Positions 38,782 to 52,330 of a stretch of 64,000 nucleotides of DNA are shown in pieces. The stretch's first letter is position 1. Every line of letters starts with the position of its first letter. The notes beneath the pieces are model-generated. The model was not told where the DNA came from. It did no database searches and saw nothing but the letters and a program-made list of their open reading frames with translations. A program made the translations under genes and the position numbers. This DNA comes from Octopus vulgaris (lineage: Eukaryota), in the NCBI GenBank assembly GCA_951406725.2, contig OX597818.1, positions 21,638,001 to 21,702,000 on the forward strand. The letters run 5' to 3'.

Positions 38782-38985
38782 GAGTGGTTCTCAACTGGGG
38801 TCCACATAATTATACATCTACATTATACAAAAGATTTTAACAATCTTTTTAAATATAATTTCTCATAATACTTAATTATGCAAATATAGCAGGTTTTTTT
38901 TTACACATTGAATGACTAGGAGGGTCATCTGAATAAAATAGGGATCAGAGGGGTTTGCAGACAAAAAAGTGGTTGAGAAGCTCTG
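38782..38985. mobile_element. hAT-like MITE
   Basis: TIRs (g)agtggttctcaac / gttgagaagctctg; interior similar to 45100-45338 and 48080-48315. Confidence 0.7.
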
Positions 38986-39104
38986 CATAGCAGTGAAGAA
39001 TATATAAGTGAGTATAGAATTTAAACAATAATTAACTGAATAATTTGTTCAAGTTTCTTATTGACAAATTATATACCGATATTTTTATAGGCTGGACTGA
39101 ACAA

Positions 39105-39450
39105 ACATCATCATTATTTAATGTCTGTTTTCCATGCTGGCATAGGTTGGATGGTTTCACTGAAAACTGGCTAGCTGCACCAGATTCCAGTCTGATTTGC
39201 TATGGTTTCTACAGCTGGATGCCCTTCCTAACACCAACCATTCCAAGACTATGATCTCACTTGGTTTGACAGCTTTTCTCAAGCATGGTATATTGCCAAA
39301 GGTCTTGCCTCCATGACATCCAAAATTTGAAAGGTGTTTTTTACATGCCACTGGCATGGGTACCAGTTACACAACACTGGTATTAGCCATGACTATGATT
39401 TCATGTGGCTTGATGGGTCTTCTCGAGCATGGCATATTGCCAAATCTATT
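39105..39450 (-). mobile_element. Older RTE-related 3'-end copy
   Basis: catcatc...tttaatgtctgttttccatgctggcataggttgg...ctacagctggatgcccttcctaacaccaacca matches the RTE terminus in reverse. Confidence 0.75.
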
Positions 39451-39662
39451 TGAAACACTTATTGTCAGATGAGTCATACTGATGAGATTCAAAAATTTAA
39501 ATCAACCTAGTTTTTCAAATGGGGTAATTAGCTTGCTTACCAACCACATGGTTCCAAGTTCAGTCCCACTATGTGGCACCTTGGGCAAGTGTCTTCGGGC
39601 CGACCAAAGCCTTGTGAGTGGATTTGGTAGACAGAAACTAAAAGAAGTCTGTTGTATACATA

Positions 39663-40846
39663 CATGGTGCATAAAGTATTTGAGGACATACCTTTTTGGG
39701 GTCATTACTGCATTTTTTGCTAACTCTGTATAATATTTGTTACAGAAAATAATAATAACAGACCCTCAGCTTACTTATGAAATGAAGAGGCATGCTGTTA
39801 TTGAGGTTATAAAGGCTGTGTATAGCAATTTAGAAATATCTCGATTTTTAAAAGTTGCCAAGTCTTTCTTCTACAGAATTTGTAAGATGGAAACATATCA
39901 CCAGTATCAAAGCAAAAAAGCATTCTAAATGGTCTAAAATCATCAGAACATCTGAATTTATCCAGTCAGTTCAACAGATCATTGATTATAATCCCAGAAA
40001 TTCCATGAGGTCAATTGCAAAAGATCTCCATGTGTCAGAGAGAACAGTCAGAAATGTTGTCCACGAAGACGTCAGATATAAGTCTTATATGATGAGGAAA
40101 GGCCAGTTTGTCAGAAAAAGTAAAGGAAAATCACTACATCAGATCTAAAAGTTTCTTAAACAAACTGAAAAATCCAGCAGAAGATTTGATATGGTTTTTC
40201 TCAAACAAGAAAAACTTCGACCAAGATCAAAAAGTTAAGAAAAGAAATGACAGATGGTTATGTGCAGACCCGTCTGAAGTTCCAAGTGTTATGCCTACAA
40301 AATTTCCTGCATCTATCATGGTTTTAGGGGTTGTCAGCAATGAAGGACATGTGATGTCTCCTTACTTCTTTCCACAAGGCCTTAGAGTTAACTCTGCTGC
40401 TTACATTGAGGTCCTGGAAATAGTTGTTAAGTCCTGGATAGACATTGTATGCAGCGGAAGGCCATATGTGTTTCAGTAATGCTCTATGCTATCACACATG
40501 GCTCTAGTAACACGGAATGGATGGCTAAAAATTTTCATGATTACATAACCCCTAACAGTTGAGAGAGAGGTCAATGAACATGACCAAAACACCAAAGATT
40601 CTTTGAAAGCTGCCATAGTCAGAATAATGTCCAAAATATATCAGGACCACTTGATTCGAGCATGCAGATGATTTAGATCTCATAGAAGCAGTTGTTGAAG
40701 CTGAACGTGGCTTTATTGAATAACATTATAGAAAAGAAGGTTTATTTTTATCGTCATAGCATTTTTTGATAAATAAAGTTATTATCTGTTATTATATATG
40801 TTTTTTTATAAATATAAATCTGTCGTCAAATATCTTACACACCCTG
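39663..40846 (+). mobile_element. Tc1/mariner-superfamily transposon relic (DD37D/maT-like)
   Basis: 26-bp TIRs catggtgcataaagtatttgaggaca / tgtcgtcaaatatcttacacaccctg (20/26 match), with TA on the left. Transposase fragments are HTH SMRSIAKDLHVSERTVRNVVHED, WFFSNKKNF (for FSDEK.F), TKFPASIMVLG and YVFQ*. The SPDLNP region appears deleted. The subfamily call is inferred. Confidence 0.9.
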
Positions 40847-40880
40847 TGTGTGTGTGTGTGTATGTATGTATATATATATA

Positions 40881-41279
40881 CTAGCAGTATCACCTGGCAT
40901 TGCTCGGGTTTGTAAGGGAAATAACTATATAAGCATTTTTAGAGATGTAAAGTATAATAGCCATCTCAATATGGCTAACCACAAAGGGGGGGTGGTGTTA
41001 CTGTAGCTTTTTACGTTCTGAGATTTAATAATAAATTTTTAGAGAGTTACTTCCCTTATATATGCCAAAAATGCATTAAAAATGGGAAAAATTGATTGTA
41101 AATTATTTTTAAAATCGTAGGCTCATCGTAGACACGCGCTAATACCCAGAAGGGCTCGATATGAATCACGACTATAAGATACCTGGTTTTAGTTAAACTG
41201 CACCGCAAAATGTGGGAGTAGTTAGGAATCTAAATCGTAGGAGACAGACAGCACACAACCTCACTTTTATATATAAAGA
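40881..41279 (-). mobile_element. Non-autonomous Helitron (399 bp)
   Basis: Minus strand begins TCTTTATATATAAAAG and ends ACCCGAGCAATGCCAGGTGATACTGCTAG. This gives a 5' TC, a GC-rich subterminal hairpin remnant and a 3' CTAG, inserted between A and T with no TSD. Confidence 0.8.
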
Positions 41280-42593
41280 TATATATATATATATATGTTT
41301 GTGTGTCTGTGTTCGTCCCTGCACCATTGCTTGGCAATGATGTTGGTGTGTTTATGTCCCCGTTACTTAGCGGTTTGGCATAAGAGACTGATAGAATAAG
41401 TACTAGGCTTACAAAGTATAAGTTCTGGGGTCGATTTGTTCGACTAAAGGCGGTACTCCAGCATGGCTGCAGTCAAATGACTGAAACAAATAAAAGAGAA
41501 AGAATTAGAATTCTAATTCCAATGAATCTGGTTTCAAAAGCAGCATAACAGTATGTCACAACATTAAACTTACCTTCATTTAACACTATAATTATACTTT
41601 TGTGCTTAAGATATTTAACTCCTGACTTATAGGTTAAGGCATTTTACTTCATCTATGGTAACTTACTTTACTTTTGCCAGTTTGGAGGTAGGTAAGCTGT
41701 GTAACTTCAATCTTACAAAAATCATATAAATATCTGTACAATCCCCTACCTGCAGACAAAAAAAAAATGAATATGTTGTGATAGATACATGCTATAAATT
41801 TATTTCAGAACTCTCTGAATATATTTCACTGAGGTAATTGAATGATTTATACAAAGATAGTCTATTCATCACTATCCTCTAGTCATTTTGATTCTCATCA
41901 TATTGTCTACACTTACTGATCATTAATCTTTACTATAATAGTGGCCTTTGTTCCTCTGAACTTACTGGCTTATTTCCAGCCAACTCAAACCTACTCTTAC
42001 TTCATTATAATTATTAATAGAGTGAGGGATTGGAAGAATCATTAGAGCATTGGACAAAATGCCTTGCAGCACTTAGTTACAGCTCTTTACATTTGAGTTC
42101 AAGTCCCACCAAGGTTAACTTTGCCTTTTATCCTTCTAGGTTAGATAAAATAAAGCACCAATCAAATACTGGTGTCAATTTAATCTATTAACTACCTCTA
42201 AATTTCTGACATACAAATGATTATTATTATTGATGCCATGATGTAATAGAATGGTGTGTATATGAAGTTATACAAGGCGACAACATGGTGTATAATTGAG
42301 TATCAAAAATACTTGTAACAGTTAAAACGTTTTGATCGTCGTTTTGCCTTGTTAAGGCTGGCCTGGGGCTAAACAACAACAGGGGTATTTTGAGGTCATT
42401 AAGTGTAAAGGTCTACCCACAAGATGTTGTTGGAATTAGGGTCCACTTTTAACCCTAATTTCAACTCAACATTATATAATATCATAAAATGGAGACCCAA
42501 GGAGTCCTTTGAAAGTAGCAGGATCTACTAAAAATAGCAGCCATATCTCCCTGAAATCATTCCTATTTCTGGCATATGGACATCGTCATCATC

Positions 42594-42634
<41 letters not shown>

Positions 42635-45099
42635 ATATATATTAGAGCCTATTTTCCCTCCAGCTGTTGTGGAAGGGTTAGCTAGTTCCATTGTATAATT
42701 CATTGCCACTATTTTGATCTTACCCTGAAAATTCTTGGCTTTAACCTCACTTCTCTTATCCATTTTTTCTTAAGTTTTCTTCAGTCACTGGTAATATTTA
42801 CCACCAGTTTTTGACATTCTTTCAGTTAGCTCTCATTCTCCATTCATATTATAGTGTAGTTAACTCACATACATAGACAGATGTTTTAATGTTCAACCTC
42901 TCTGTCAACTCACTAGCGCTCCTTCTTTTGGACAAAGTTGATTCTATATTATGCTAGTAAACTTACAAGCAATAATATTGAAATAAATTATGCTAATAAC
43001 TGAACTAGTTTACTAAATTTCCCTGAAATCTTGATAATTTTGAAAACTAAATAAAGCATGTTGGTCTACTCTTACTAGAAACATGGTCTTTAAAGGGATA
43101 GAGATAGTTTAGTTAGTTGGGTACTGACATAGGAGCTAAAAAGTTATAGTTTGTATTCCATTAATGGTGCTGCACAAATCTCTGGAAAATAAGTTAAATT
43201 CTTATTAGTTTAGTGCACTTATCTGTGATAGTATATGGAGATGTAGTTAGGGAGAGCAAATTGTGGGTGCTCCACCTGCTCAGTTTGTTCAATGGCTTTG
43301 TTAAGAAATATCAGCTTAGTGCTACACTAGCACTTAAATGGATTTTGTTGTCCCATACTCTCCCATGTGTTACTTGTTCTTATTTATTTTGGCAATCTCT
43401 TGTAATCTCTAACTAAATACTTAAATGTTTAACTGGAACAGAAGCTTTACAAAAAAGTTTGTTCTTGCTTTTATCTCTGATCTTAGCAAAATTACCTGGT
43501 ATATATTTAGGGATAAGACGTCAAAAAGGGAAAAGTAAAGAAAAAGCAAAACGCTACATATTTAAGAATAGTTTTTTCTCTTGTAAATTTTCTAAATAAC
43601 AGTTTGCCATCATCATCATCATCTTCTTCAACCTTTTTTTATTGTATGTTTGTATGAGTTAGATGAGTCACTCCTCATCATATTACTGCCTATAGTGACT
43701 GGAAATTATGTGGCAATATTTTACATACCAGACATGTATATAGCAGTGATGATTTTATGGCTGGATATCCCTCATTGTTCCAATCCAGAATAGAGACAGA
43801 TAGTAAGAAGATAGAAATTTATACTGGAAGTTAGTGTGTGAAAGAAGGGTTATAAAAACTATAAAAAACATCTTATAAAAACTACCTCAAATACTTTTGT
43901 TGAGTAATAATATATAGTAAACCCTATTCTTTGTTACCACAATTTGAGTACATAGGTAAGATATAGTAATTTTGTTGTCGTGCGTGAAAAGCAAAAACCA
44001 GAAACAACTACTTTATTTAAGTAGATGAATGTATTCTCTTAACTCATTCTAAAAGCTACACGGTACAATAATAGTAAATAAACAATAAGCAGGTAGATAG
44101 TCTGGAGAAGAGAAAAAAATGATGAATACAAATACTTGTTTTCTAGTGTGGTGAGGAAAGTGAGAATTTCTAAAGTTTCATTGTGAATGTGTATTTATAT
44201 TCACTGTTGGCAAATTAGATTATTAATGCTATAATTTATACACCAGAATATGAGACTAAAGTGGTTGTTGAGTTAATGAGGAAATCTCTACATGGTTGCT
44301 CAACATGCTAGAAATAGCAATATCTCCTTCATCACATTTTACTATTTTGAAAAAGAAAGGAAACATGGATAATGTAGTCATATATACATAGAAAAAGAAG
44401 TGATGTTCAGAACAGTAACACTACTCTTTTGTAAGCATTAATATGTTGGTATATTGTTGATTATTCTCTACACTGGGCAATGAAAAAAATTTCAGTTTCA
44501 AAATGGATGGTGATAGATTGAGAATCCCTGCCCTAAATTGTAGAGAATCACATTTTTTTCTCATACCAAATTGTTTTAAAAGCTTAGTTTGTTGAATTTC
44601 TGGCAGAACCTTTTATTGTACACTGCTTTATTTCTGTCAAAACCCTCTATTCCATGTTACCCCATGTTACCATCTAGGTTATTGATTATCCCTAGATCAG
44701 CCCTAATTGAATGGATCTATTATGAAAAATATTTCAGTGAACATCCTATCATTTTGTATATTTTTGTATATCTTGTTTCTCTCACAATGTATTCTTCTTT
44801 ACATGTTTTTACATTGCCTCAGTTCACCATCCATATATCAGGATTATATATCTTATCAGTTGGAATGTTACTCATATCCTATCTAGTGATATCTATCTCT
44901 CGTTTGCTTAATGCCATAAAACTGGGGTTAAACACTGGGCCTTAACAATCTCTTGAACCTTAGGAGGTTCATTACACTCGTTTCTTGCAAGTAATGGAAA
45001 ATTGATTACATATTGGGTGATATACCTGTGAATTGATGTAAGGGGGTACAGGACTGAAATAGGCTAAGGAAGGCTTGCCACAAGGTAGTTGATTTAGAT

Positions 45100-45338
45100 C
45101 AGTGGGTCTGATCCATATTTTTATCTTTGGATCCCTTTGATTCTTATTTTACTTGGGTGAACCTTCATGGCCATGTGATGCTTATAAAAAGCCTATTATA
45201 TTTTTATACTTAAATATCATAAGGAATTGTGTAAAAAAAAATTATCAAAATATTTTCTGTGTTGTAGAAATATAATCAATTTATTGCATATAAATTTTAA
45301 CAACAAAATCTTATATGGACCCCAGTTAAGAACCACTG
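45100..45338. mobile_element. hAT-like MITE
   Basis: Ends cagtggg... / ...gttaagaaccactg. The 8-bp flanks atttagat / atgtagac (6/8) are consistent with a decayed 8-bp TSD. Confidence 0.72.
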
Positions 45339-46051
45339 ATGTAGACACTGGATTTGCACTGCTTCTTCAAAACAAGGACATAACAATACCAAGATACAAT
45401 CACTGTATATATAACAGAAAGTTTTGTATCACATTATCTGCTTACATGAGCAACACATAAAACCCTCATTTCTGTTATCACTGCTATATCTATCAATCTT
45501 TGATGATCTCTCATGAAATTGTTACGTATGTCAAAACTGCATCCCCAAATCTAGGCTTTCATATCAAGATTCAAAATTACTTCAGCTCTGATCAATTATT
45601 GATCCACTCACTACAAAACCCTGGTTTAATCCACATTAAAGTACACAAACATTTTAGATCACATCCATCGAAAGTCTATCTGGCTAATTGGTGAAAATTT
45701 ACTTACCAGTTATATATTGCAGCCAGTAGTTCATAAATGCATTATTTTTCCCATCTATTTTTTCTACTGCTTCTCTAAACTAGGAAGTTTCTACTGCTTC
45801 TCTAAACACCCCTTTGTCGATCTCGCCCAATCCATCTACATCTCTTCTTGTCAACTCAACTGTTTCAACCTCAGAACTCTATGATAATTTTCCAAATTCT
45901 TTCTTACTCGAACAACATCCCTCTGGAACTCTTTTCTATGCTAATCAAAACTGCATATTCAGTGAAAAGTATAGCAGTGACTGTTATATTTGTTCTTGTA
46001 ATTATAATACTTTTATATTATCTTTTAGATTTAGAGATAGGTTTTAGGTCT

Positions 46052-46410
46052 ATTCTTTTTACTTGCATCAGTCATTTAACTGTGGCCATTGCCTTAAGAA
46101 ATGACCCCCCCCAGTACTTATTCTATTGGCCACTTTTGTTGAACCACTAAGTTATGGAGATGTAAACACACCAACATCAGTTGTCAGGTGAGGCGGGGGA
46201 TAAACATAGACCCAAACATATAAATATATATGTATACACGCACACACACACACAAACAGGCACATACACACAACAGGCTTCTTTCAATTTCTATCGACCA
46301 AATCCACTCAAGGCTTTGGTTGGCCTGAGGTTATAGTAACAGATACTTGCCCAAGGTGCCACGCAATGAGACTGAACCCATAACCATGTAGTTGGGAAGT
46401 AAGCTTCTTT
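46052..46410 (-). mobile_element. SINE family A copy
   Basis: Similar to 28596-29004 in reverse. Confidence 0.85.
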
Positions 46411-46864
46411 TCGCGCAGTTATATGATAAACATTAAGCCCTTTGATATTTTTACATTGTGTACAGAAACTGACATAAACTTGCGCAGTGATTTATAAAAT
46501 AAATTTTATGAGTTTAAATAGCAGTATATTATGTTTATATAAGCAAAATGGTTTAGTTGATATAATATTAAGCTTCTAGTATATGAGTTATGGGTTTAAA
46601 ATCACTTTGTGTTGTATTTTGATAGTACAGTCAATTTTATGTTGTGTCACAGTCAGGAAGTATGGCTATTCATTATTGGATACATCTTATATAGAAAGGT
46701 TAAAAGCAAATGACTCCATTCATGACAGAAATTTGTGTGAGATAAATAAATATGTTTATAAATGGTGCTAAAAATTATGGAACAGATTATAGAAGTGTTT
46801 AGTATCACATCTATATTAGTCTTTTGGTTACCAGCTAATTCAATTTCACTGATTTCTGCCATTA

Positions 46865-47040
46865 TTATCATCATCATCATCATATGTCCATGTTGGCTTG
46901 GGTTGGACAGTTTGACAGGAACCGATGCGTTCAAGGACTGCATGTCTGCTTTGACATGGTTTTTATGACTAGATGCCCTTCCTCATGCCAACCACTACAG
47001 CATGGACTGGGTGCTTTTTTTTCATGCCACCTACACTATG
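46865..47040 (-). mobile_element. Degenerate RTE-related 3'-end copy
   Basis: (atc)n tail followed by ccatgttggcttgggttggacagtttgac...gatgcccttcctcatgccaaccact. Confidence 0.7.
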
Positions 47041-48079
47041 TAGTTTGCAACAGAACTATGAGCCCTGGGATAGGTGGTAGGAGACAAGGGGATTACTAAG
47101 GTGGTGGGGCAGAGCAGATTCCTGCAGAGAGACCTGCATGGCTACCCACACCTGATATGAAAAATAAATTTAAAAACTGGGAGAGAGAGAGAGAGAAGAG
47201 AAGAGGAAATGATCAATAGGTGTAATGGTGCAGGATGCAATGGTGTGGATTTATTTTAAAATGGTGTGCTCTACATTTTTAGTTCTCTTAATATCTCTAA
47301 TCTAATGTTTCTCTAAACATCTTATTACTGTACTGAGTTATGGTGCCATTGAAATACATTTTATAATCTGTTGACAATCTGTAATATCTGTTATGGAATA
47401 CACACCCTTGCACACACACACTATACCAGCTACTTAATCTGAGAGAAATTGTCAGCACCCTAGTTATCTGTGGGGATGTTTCGTGCTTGTATCTTGCTGT
47501 TTATCATTGAATTTGATGAGGAATTTAGATAATGACTATTCAAAGTGGATTTAATTCAAGATATCCTTAGATTCTTGGAAGGATTTCAAGTAATAACTTT
47601 CAGCACCCAATTATAAACAATTAGTGCCTGTGTTCTTATTTAAAATGAAACAAATGTGTTATTTTATTCTAAATATGTTTCACTGATCTGAAAACAACAA
47701 AAGTTTTCTCTTATATAATGGACTCGAAAAACTGCAAATGTTATTGAACATTGTAGGCAACAGTTTGAGACAGAGAAAAAAACAGCATAAAACATCATGC
47801 CTACTGATAACTCAAACTATACTACCTCATTTAAGATGGAAAGGCAGGTGCTCTGCTGTTTTATTAGTAACATGGCCATATGTGTTATTGACTATTTCAT
47901 GATTTGAATCTCTAGCAATACATAATTAAAAAAACTAACTGAGTTTTATGAATCTTCCGGACATAGAGGTCTATTTAAGTTATATTTTTGCATCTGATCC
48001 TAAATCTTTTTCAGAATAATAAGGATTTCTTGGACCACTGCACTTTTTTTCTTGCTTGGACCACTGCACTTTTTTACAG

Positions 48080-48315
48080 CAGTAGTTCTCAAACGGGGTC
48101 TATGTGACCCATTTGGGTCCATATAAGATCTTGTTAAAGTTGGTTATACTTTTACAATACACAAAATATTTCAACATTTTTTTTTTATACAATTCCTAAT
48201 TTTTTTATACAATTTAATTCTAAAAATATAATAGGATTTTTTTAAACATGGGTGTCCAGTAAAATAAAATAAGACTCAAAAGGGTCTATAGGCAAAAAAT
48301 GGTTGAAAACCACTG
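48080..48315. mobile_element. hAT-like MITE
   Basis: TIRs cagtagttctcaa / ttgaaaaccactg. The right flank gtctagag resembles the NTCTAGAN target of Charlie-type hATs. Confidence 0.75.
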
Positions 48316-48599
48316 GTCTAGAGGAAGGAGCTGTACTAATGGCCTTCACAGGCCTTCCACAAGGAGTGAGGTTAATGTAGTTGATACTTCTAATGAAAAG
48401 CTGCAAGTTGATGACTGCAGGAAAATGTGGGCTGGAATGGAATTTCAGAGTAATGTAGAATTATGTAAATTAAAGACAAACTCTCACTCAGTATGCTGGT
48501 CTGCCACAAGTTATTTTTAGTAGGAGGAATTAAGAATAATAATGAAACATTTACTGTCAAATTTATTATTGGGCTGCATGTTCACTGGCCCTTTAGTGT

Positions 48600-48748
48600 A
48601 TCATCATCATCATCATTGTTTAATGTCCATTTACCATGCTAATGTGGTTTGGACAGTTTGACAGGAGCTGGTAAGTCAGAAAGCTGTCCAGGCTCCAATT
48701 GTCTGTTTTGGCATGGTTTCTATAGCTGGATGCCTTTCCTAACACCAA
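48600..48748 (-). mobile_element. Short RTE-related 3'-end copy
   Basis: (atc)n tail plus the reverse complement of ~49105-49262. Confidence 0.82.
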
Positions 48749-48774
48749 TATATATTTAAATATATATATGTGAT

Positions 48775-49265
48775 CCTTACCAGTACCGCCTGACTGGCTC
48801 CTGTACTGGTGGCATGTAAAAAGCACTATTCGTGTGTGATCATTGCCAGTGTTGTCTGACTGGCTCCTGTGCCACCGGCATGTAAAAAACACCATTTGAG
48901 TGTTGTCATTGCCAGTGCTGCCTGACTGGCTCCTGTGCCGAAGACATGTAAAAAACACCATTTGAGTGTTGTCATTGCCAGTGCTGCCTGACTGGCTCCT
49001 GTGTCGAAGACACATAAAAAGCATCATTTGAGCATGGTTGGTGCCAGTACCACCTGACTGGCCCTCATCCAGTGGCATGTAAAAAGCATTCACTACACTC
49101 TTGGAGTGGTTGGTGTTAGGAAGGGCATCCAGCTGTAGAAACTCTTCCAGATCAGATTGGAACCTGGTGCAGCCTTATGGCTTGCCAGCCCTCAGTCAAA
49201 CTGTCCAACCCATGCCAGCATGGAAAGTGGACGTTAAACAATAATGATGATGATGTTGATGATGA
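48775..49265 (+). mobile_element. RTE 3' UTR copy with ~4.7 tandem 66-bp units and (GAT)n tail
   Basis: Matches 9550-10003. Unit ccagtgctgcctgactggctcctgtgccgaagacatgtaaaaaacaccatttgagtgttgtcattg is repeated. Confidence 0.9.
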
Positions 49266-50171
49266 TATATATATGTATGTATGTACGTATGTATATATAT
49301 GTTCAAATATGAATGAGAAGCAGCTCGAGACATATGATTAGTATCAAACATACACAAGATAATCTGTTTTGCCAGTTCGTGGGCAAGCTGCAATTATAGG
49401 CATAAAAGAGTATATTTTCATCAAGCAAATTGACAAGTTTTGGCATGCCATTTTTCAAACTACTTCAGAATCTGGAAGTTTGCTTTAAATATAGATGGGC
49501 TGTTGACAGACTGTCTACGTATCTGTGCATTAGTTATTACAGAATATTCCATTAGATAAATATTTGTGATAACGTGATTTTGGCCTAATCTCAAAATGAC
49601 TACATTTAAACTAGAAATACCTCATCAGTTAGAATATATAGGTATTAAGTCATATTGTAAAATTTAACCTTCATTGAAGATGAACTTATGGGTCATTTCA
49701 AATTTTGAAACTTGAATTCTTGAATGTTACTGTAGGTGTTTTGCTTCAATTGTTGTTGCTTAGTCCCAGTGAGCTCTGTCAAGCAGATCTTATGATCAAA
49801 ATTATTCTATTTGTGACCTTCCATTCTTTTTAATGGGGTCTTGGACTGAATTATCTTATATGTACTTCTCCTTTTTAAAATGATAGGGTCTGATTTGAGG
49901 CATTTTGGTTGCTATTTCTAGCAAATCAAGTAACAATGTAGAGGCTTCGACTGACTTGTATAGCTTCAGTTTATCTAGCAGAAAAACAACTTTCTAACCT
50001 TATGGAAAAGTTACTGTGATTCATTGGTGTACTATCCAGATGTAAGATTGTTTTGAATCTGAATTTGCTTTACAGAATCTGAAGCTAACAGCAACTCACA
50101 AAAGGCACTGCAGATGTAGAGATGAAAGTTTAAATCTTACCATTATAACCATTGCATATACCATAGTTTAA

Positions 50172-50389
50172 CCCCTTAGCATTTAAGCTAGTCATATCCA
50201 GCCAAAATATTCTATCTGTTTTATGTTCAGATCAGACAGATCTGACCTCTCACATGTACCCAATAATGTTATACTAAAAATACATAATCACATAATCAAA
50301 ATCTTGAAGCTATGAAATAATGAATGATAGATTTAAAACAGTGTGAATAAATAAGCATTATATTTGACAATGTAATCAATGTTGAAGGG
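50172..50389. mobile_element. piggyBac-like MITE (218 bp)
   Basis: TTAA|CCC...GGG|TTAA ends (TTAA at 50168-50171 and 50390-50393); 12-bp TIRs match 9/12. Confidence 0.72.
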
Positions 50390-52119
50390 TTAATTCAGTG
50401 TATCTACCTGACAAAGAAACAAATATGCTCTACTTATATTCCACAGTTGATGTGGTTAGCTATAGAAAGGGTATTTGCCTACTTAGAAGCTGGATCTAGA
50501 AACAAAACTCAAGAAAACACCTAATTTATAGGGTTGTATTTTCGTTTACATCTCAAGAATGGTGCACATGATATTACATCCATGAATCATCATCATAAAC
50601 TACAGAATTTTTTCAAACAAGAAGTAGTATGTGGATTGTTTATGTTAGATAATAAGTAACTTTGCAAGAAAAAAAATAGAAGTTTGGTAGAAGCTATGAC
50701 TTATAAGTAAGTCAATGTGTCCCCCACCAGTATACATGTTGTAGAAGAATATTTACAGTATGATACACAACTTGAAGAGACTATAAAAAGAGTCTGACAA
50801 GAAGAAGAGGGAACTAGAGAAAAATCTCATTAGCTACTGCATAATTGTTTTCTTCAGCTAAAGCTGAAGAATTCTTAGAACATGTGAAACTAGTGAAGAT
50901 TTATTCTGAAACAAAACATTGAATACCATGTAAATAGATGTGTACTGAAAAGAAGATAATTAGATGACAGCAAAAATGTTGACCAAGGTTATAAGTTGAA
51001 CTTAGCAAAAACAAAACTACAGGGACACAAGAACACATGTTACTATGACAGGACAGTTGTCAGTGGTAAGAACAGCAGAGAACGTTGTGAATGGACTAAA
51101 ATGAAAGTTAAGTGATAAATTTGCCTTAGCTTTGTCATGTGAAGCATTAAGTAAAAAACAAACAGTTGACCATGAAACATAAAAGAAGAATTAAGAATGA
51201 ATGTTTTCTAGTGAGTTAATGGACATAATACTGAAAGTAGTTAACTGCAATACTTTGGGAATGAAGAACTACAGAGGTGGGTGATGTCTTATTATTTAGT
51301 ATTTTAAAGACTATTTAAACAGTAAATAACTATTTACTAAAATTGGAGATCATTAAGGAATACCCCACCCCCTTAATACTAACATAATATTTTGGAGCTG
51401 ACTTGCTAAATTAAATAATCGTATCAGATGCTTGAAAAGATAGAAAATTTACCTGTAAGTAAACACTAGGTATTTATACATAAATTATAAAGTATTCAAT
51501 GGAACTAAACTAAAGTATTCCCCTGATATTTGCAGTTATACATCTATGGTGTGTAAAATGAATGTAAAGATAGTCAAAATATATCAGGTTTCAATATGAC
51601 TATCGTCTACAAATATTGTATTTGATAAAAAAATTCCCTAATGTTTTTTTTCTAAGTAGATATGAGAGCAAGGAAGGTTATGAAAGCTATACAATTTCAG
51701 CTTTAGTTACATATGTTATTATTACACAATATATTTATAATTCATCTATTAATTATATAATCAAGATCTTGTTATCTGTTCCATAAATGTCTAGAAGGGT
51801 TTAAAATATAGTTATACAAGTCATAGATCAAACTCACCAAGTAAATATAGAAAAGAACTATTTAAAAAATCCATCCATCTTTCTTGTATTAAACTTTTTT
51901 GAAAGAAAATATTAAAAATATAAAATTCAAACTAATTATACAATTGAAAATCCGAGTAATTATAAATTGTGACTAAGAATAACAACATTTCTTTTAACAT
52001 ATTTATTAAGAAAGAGTCTCTTTCCCATAATTCCAAAACCTCCTTCACATCTAGAATGGTTTCTATATTTCTAATTTTGCAATACTACCGTTTTTATATG
52101 CACCTATGTCTATGATCTG

Positions 52120-52330
52120 CTGGTTTCTCAATCCCCAAAAATGTGCATCACTATATCTATGACACTATCACATTTTGGCAGCCTGGCTTTGCAAAGAGTG
52201 GCTGTATTGGCAGTTTGGCCTTGCAAAGGGCAGCTATATTAATGTTATTGCTTTCCAACACCAGTGCCACAAAGATAGCATGCCTTTCTGGTCAATCTGC
52301 TCAATCTGTTCCCTCCTCTGCCTAGCAACA
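52120..52330 (-). mobile_element. Ancient RTE (BovB-like) AP-endonuclease N-terminal fragment
   Basis: Minus strand reads PERHAIFVALVLESNNINIAALCKAKL...CTFLGIEKP, resembling the RTE APE start RPERRTAL.A.EL..YNIDIAALSETRL...YTFFW.GK. Confidence 0.55.

Larger units (their letters stand above)
39521..41502 (+). mobile_element. SINE family A copy split by two nested insertions (5' half about 39521-39660, 3' half about 41281-41502)
   Basis: The two halves are collinear with 28615-28760 and 28790-29000. Confidence 0.9.

Noticed and set aside
44560-46030. Possible very old LINE remnant and hydrophobic ORFs (44589-44945, 45848-46150)
   Set aside because: I could not recover ordered RT or endonuclease motifs; the ORFs are AT-rich, low-information translations.
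48620-49093. 157-aa ORF with 22-aa repeats; the array also looks superficially CRISPR-like
   Set aside because: It is the antisense reading of the 66-bp RTE 3' UTR units. The units are contiguous with no unique spacers, there are no cas genes, and the context is eukaryotic.
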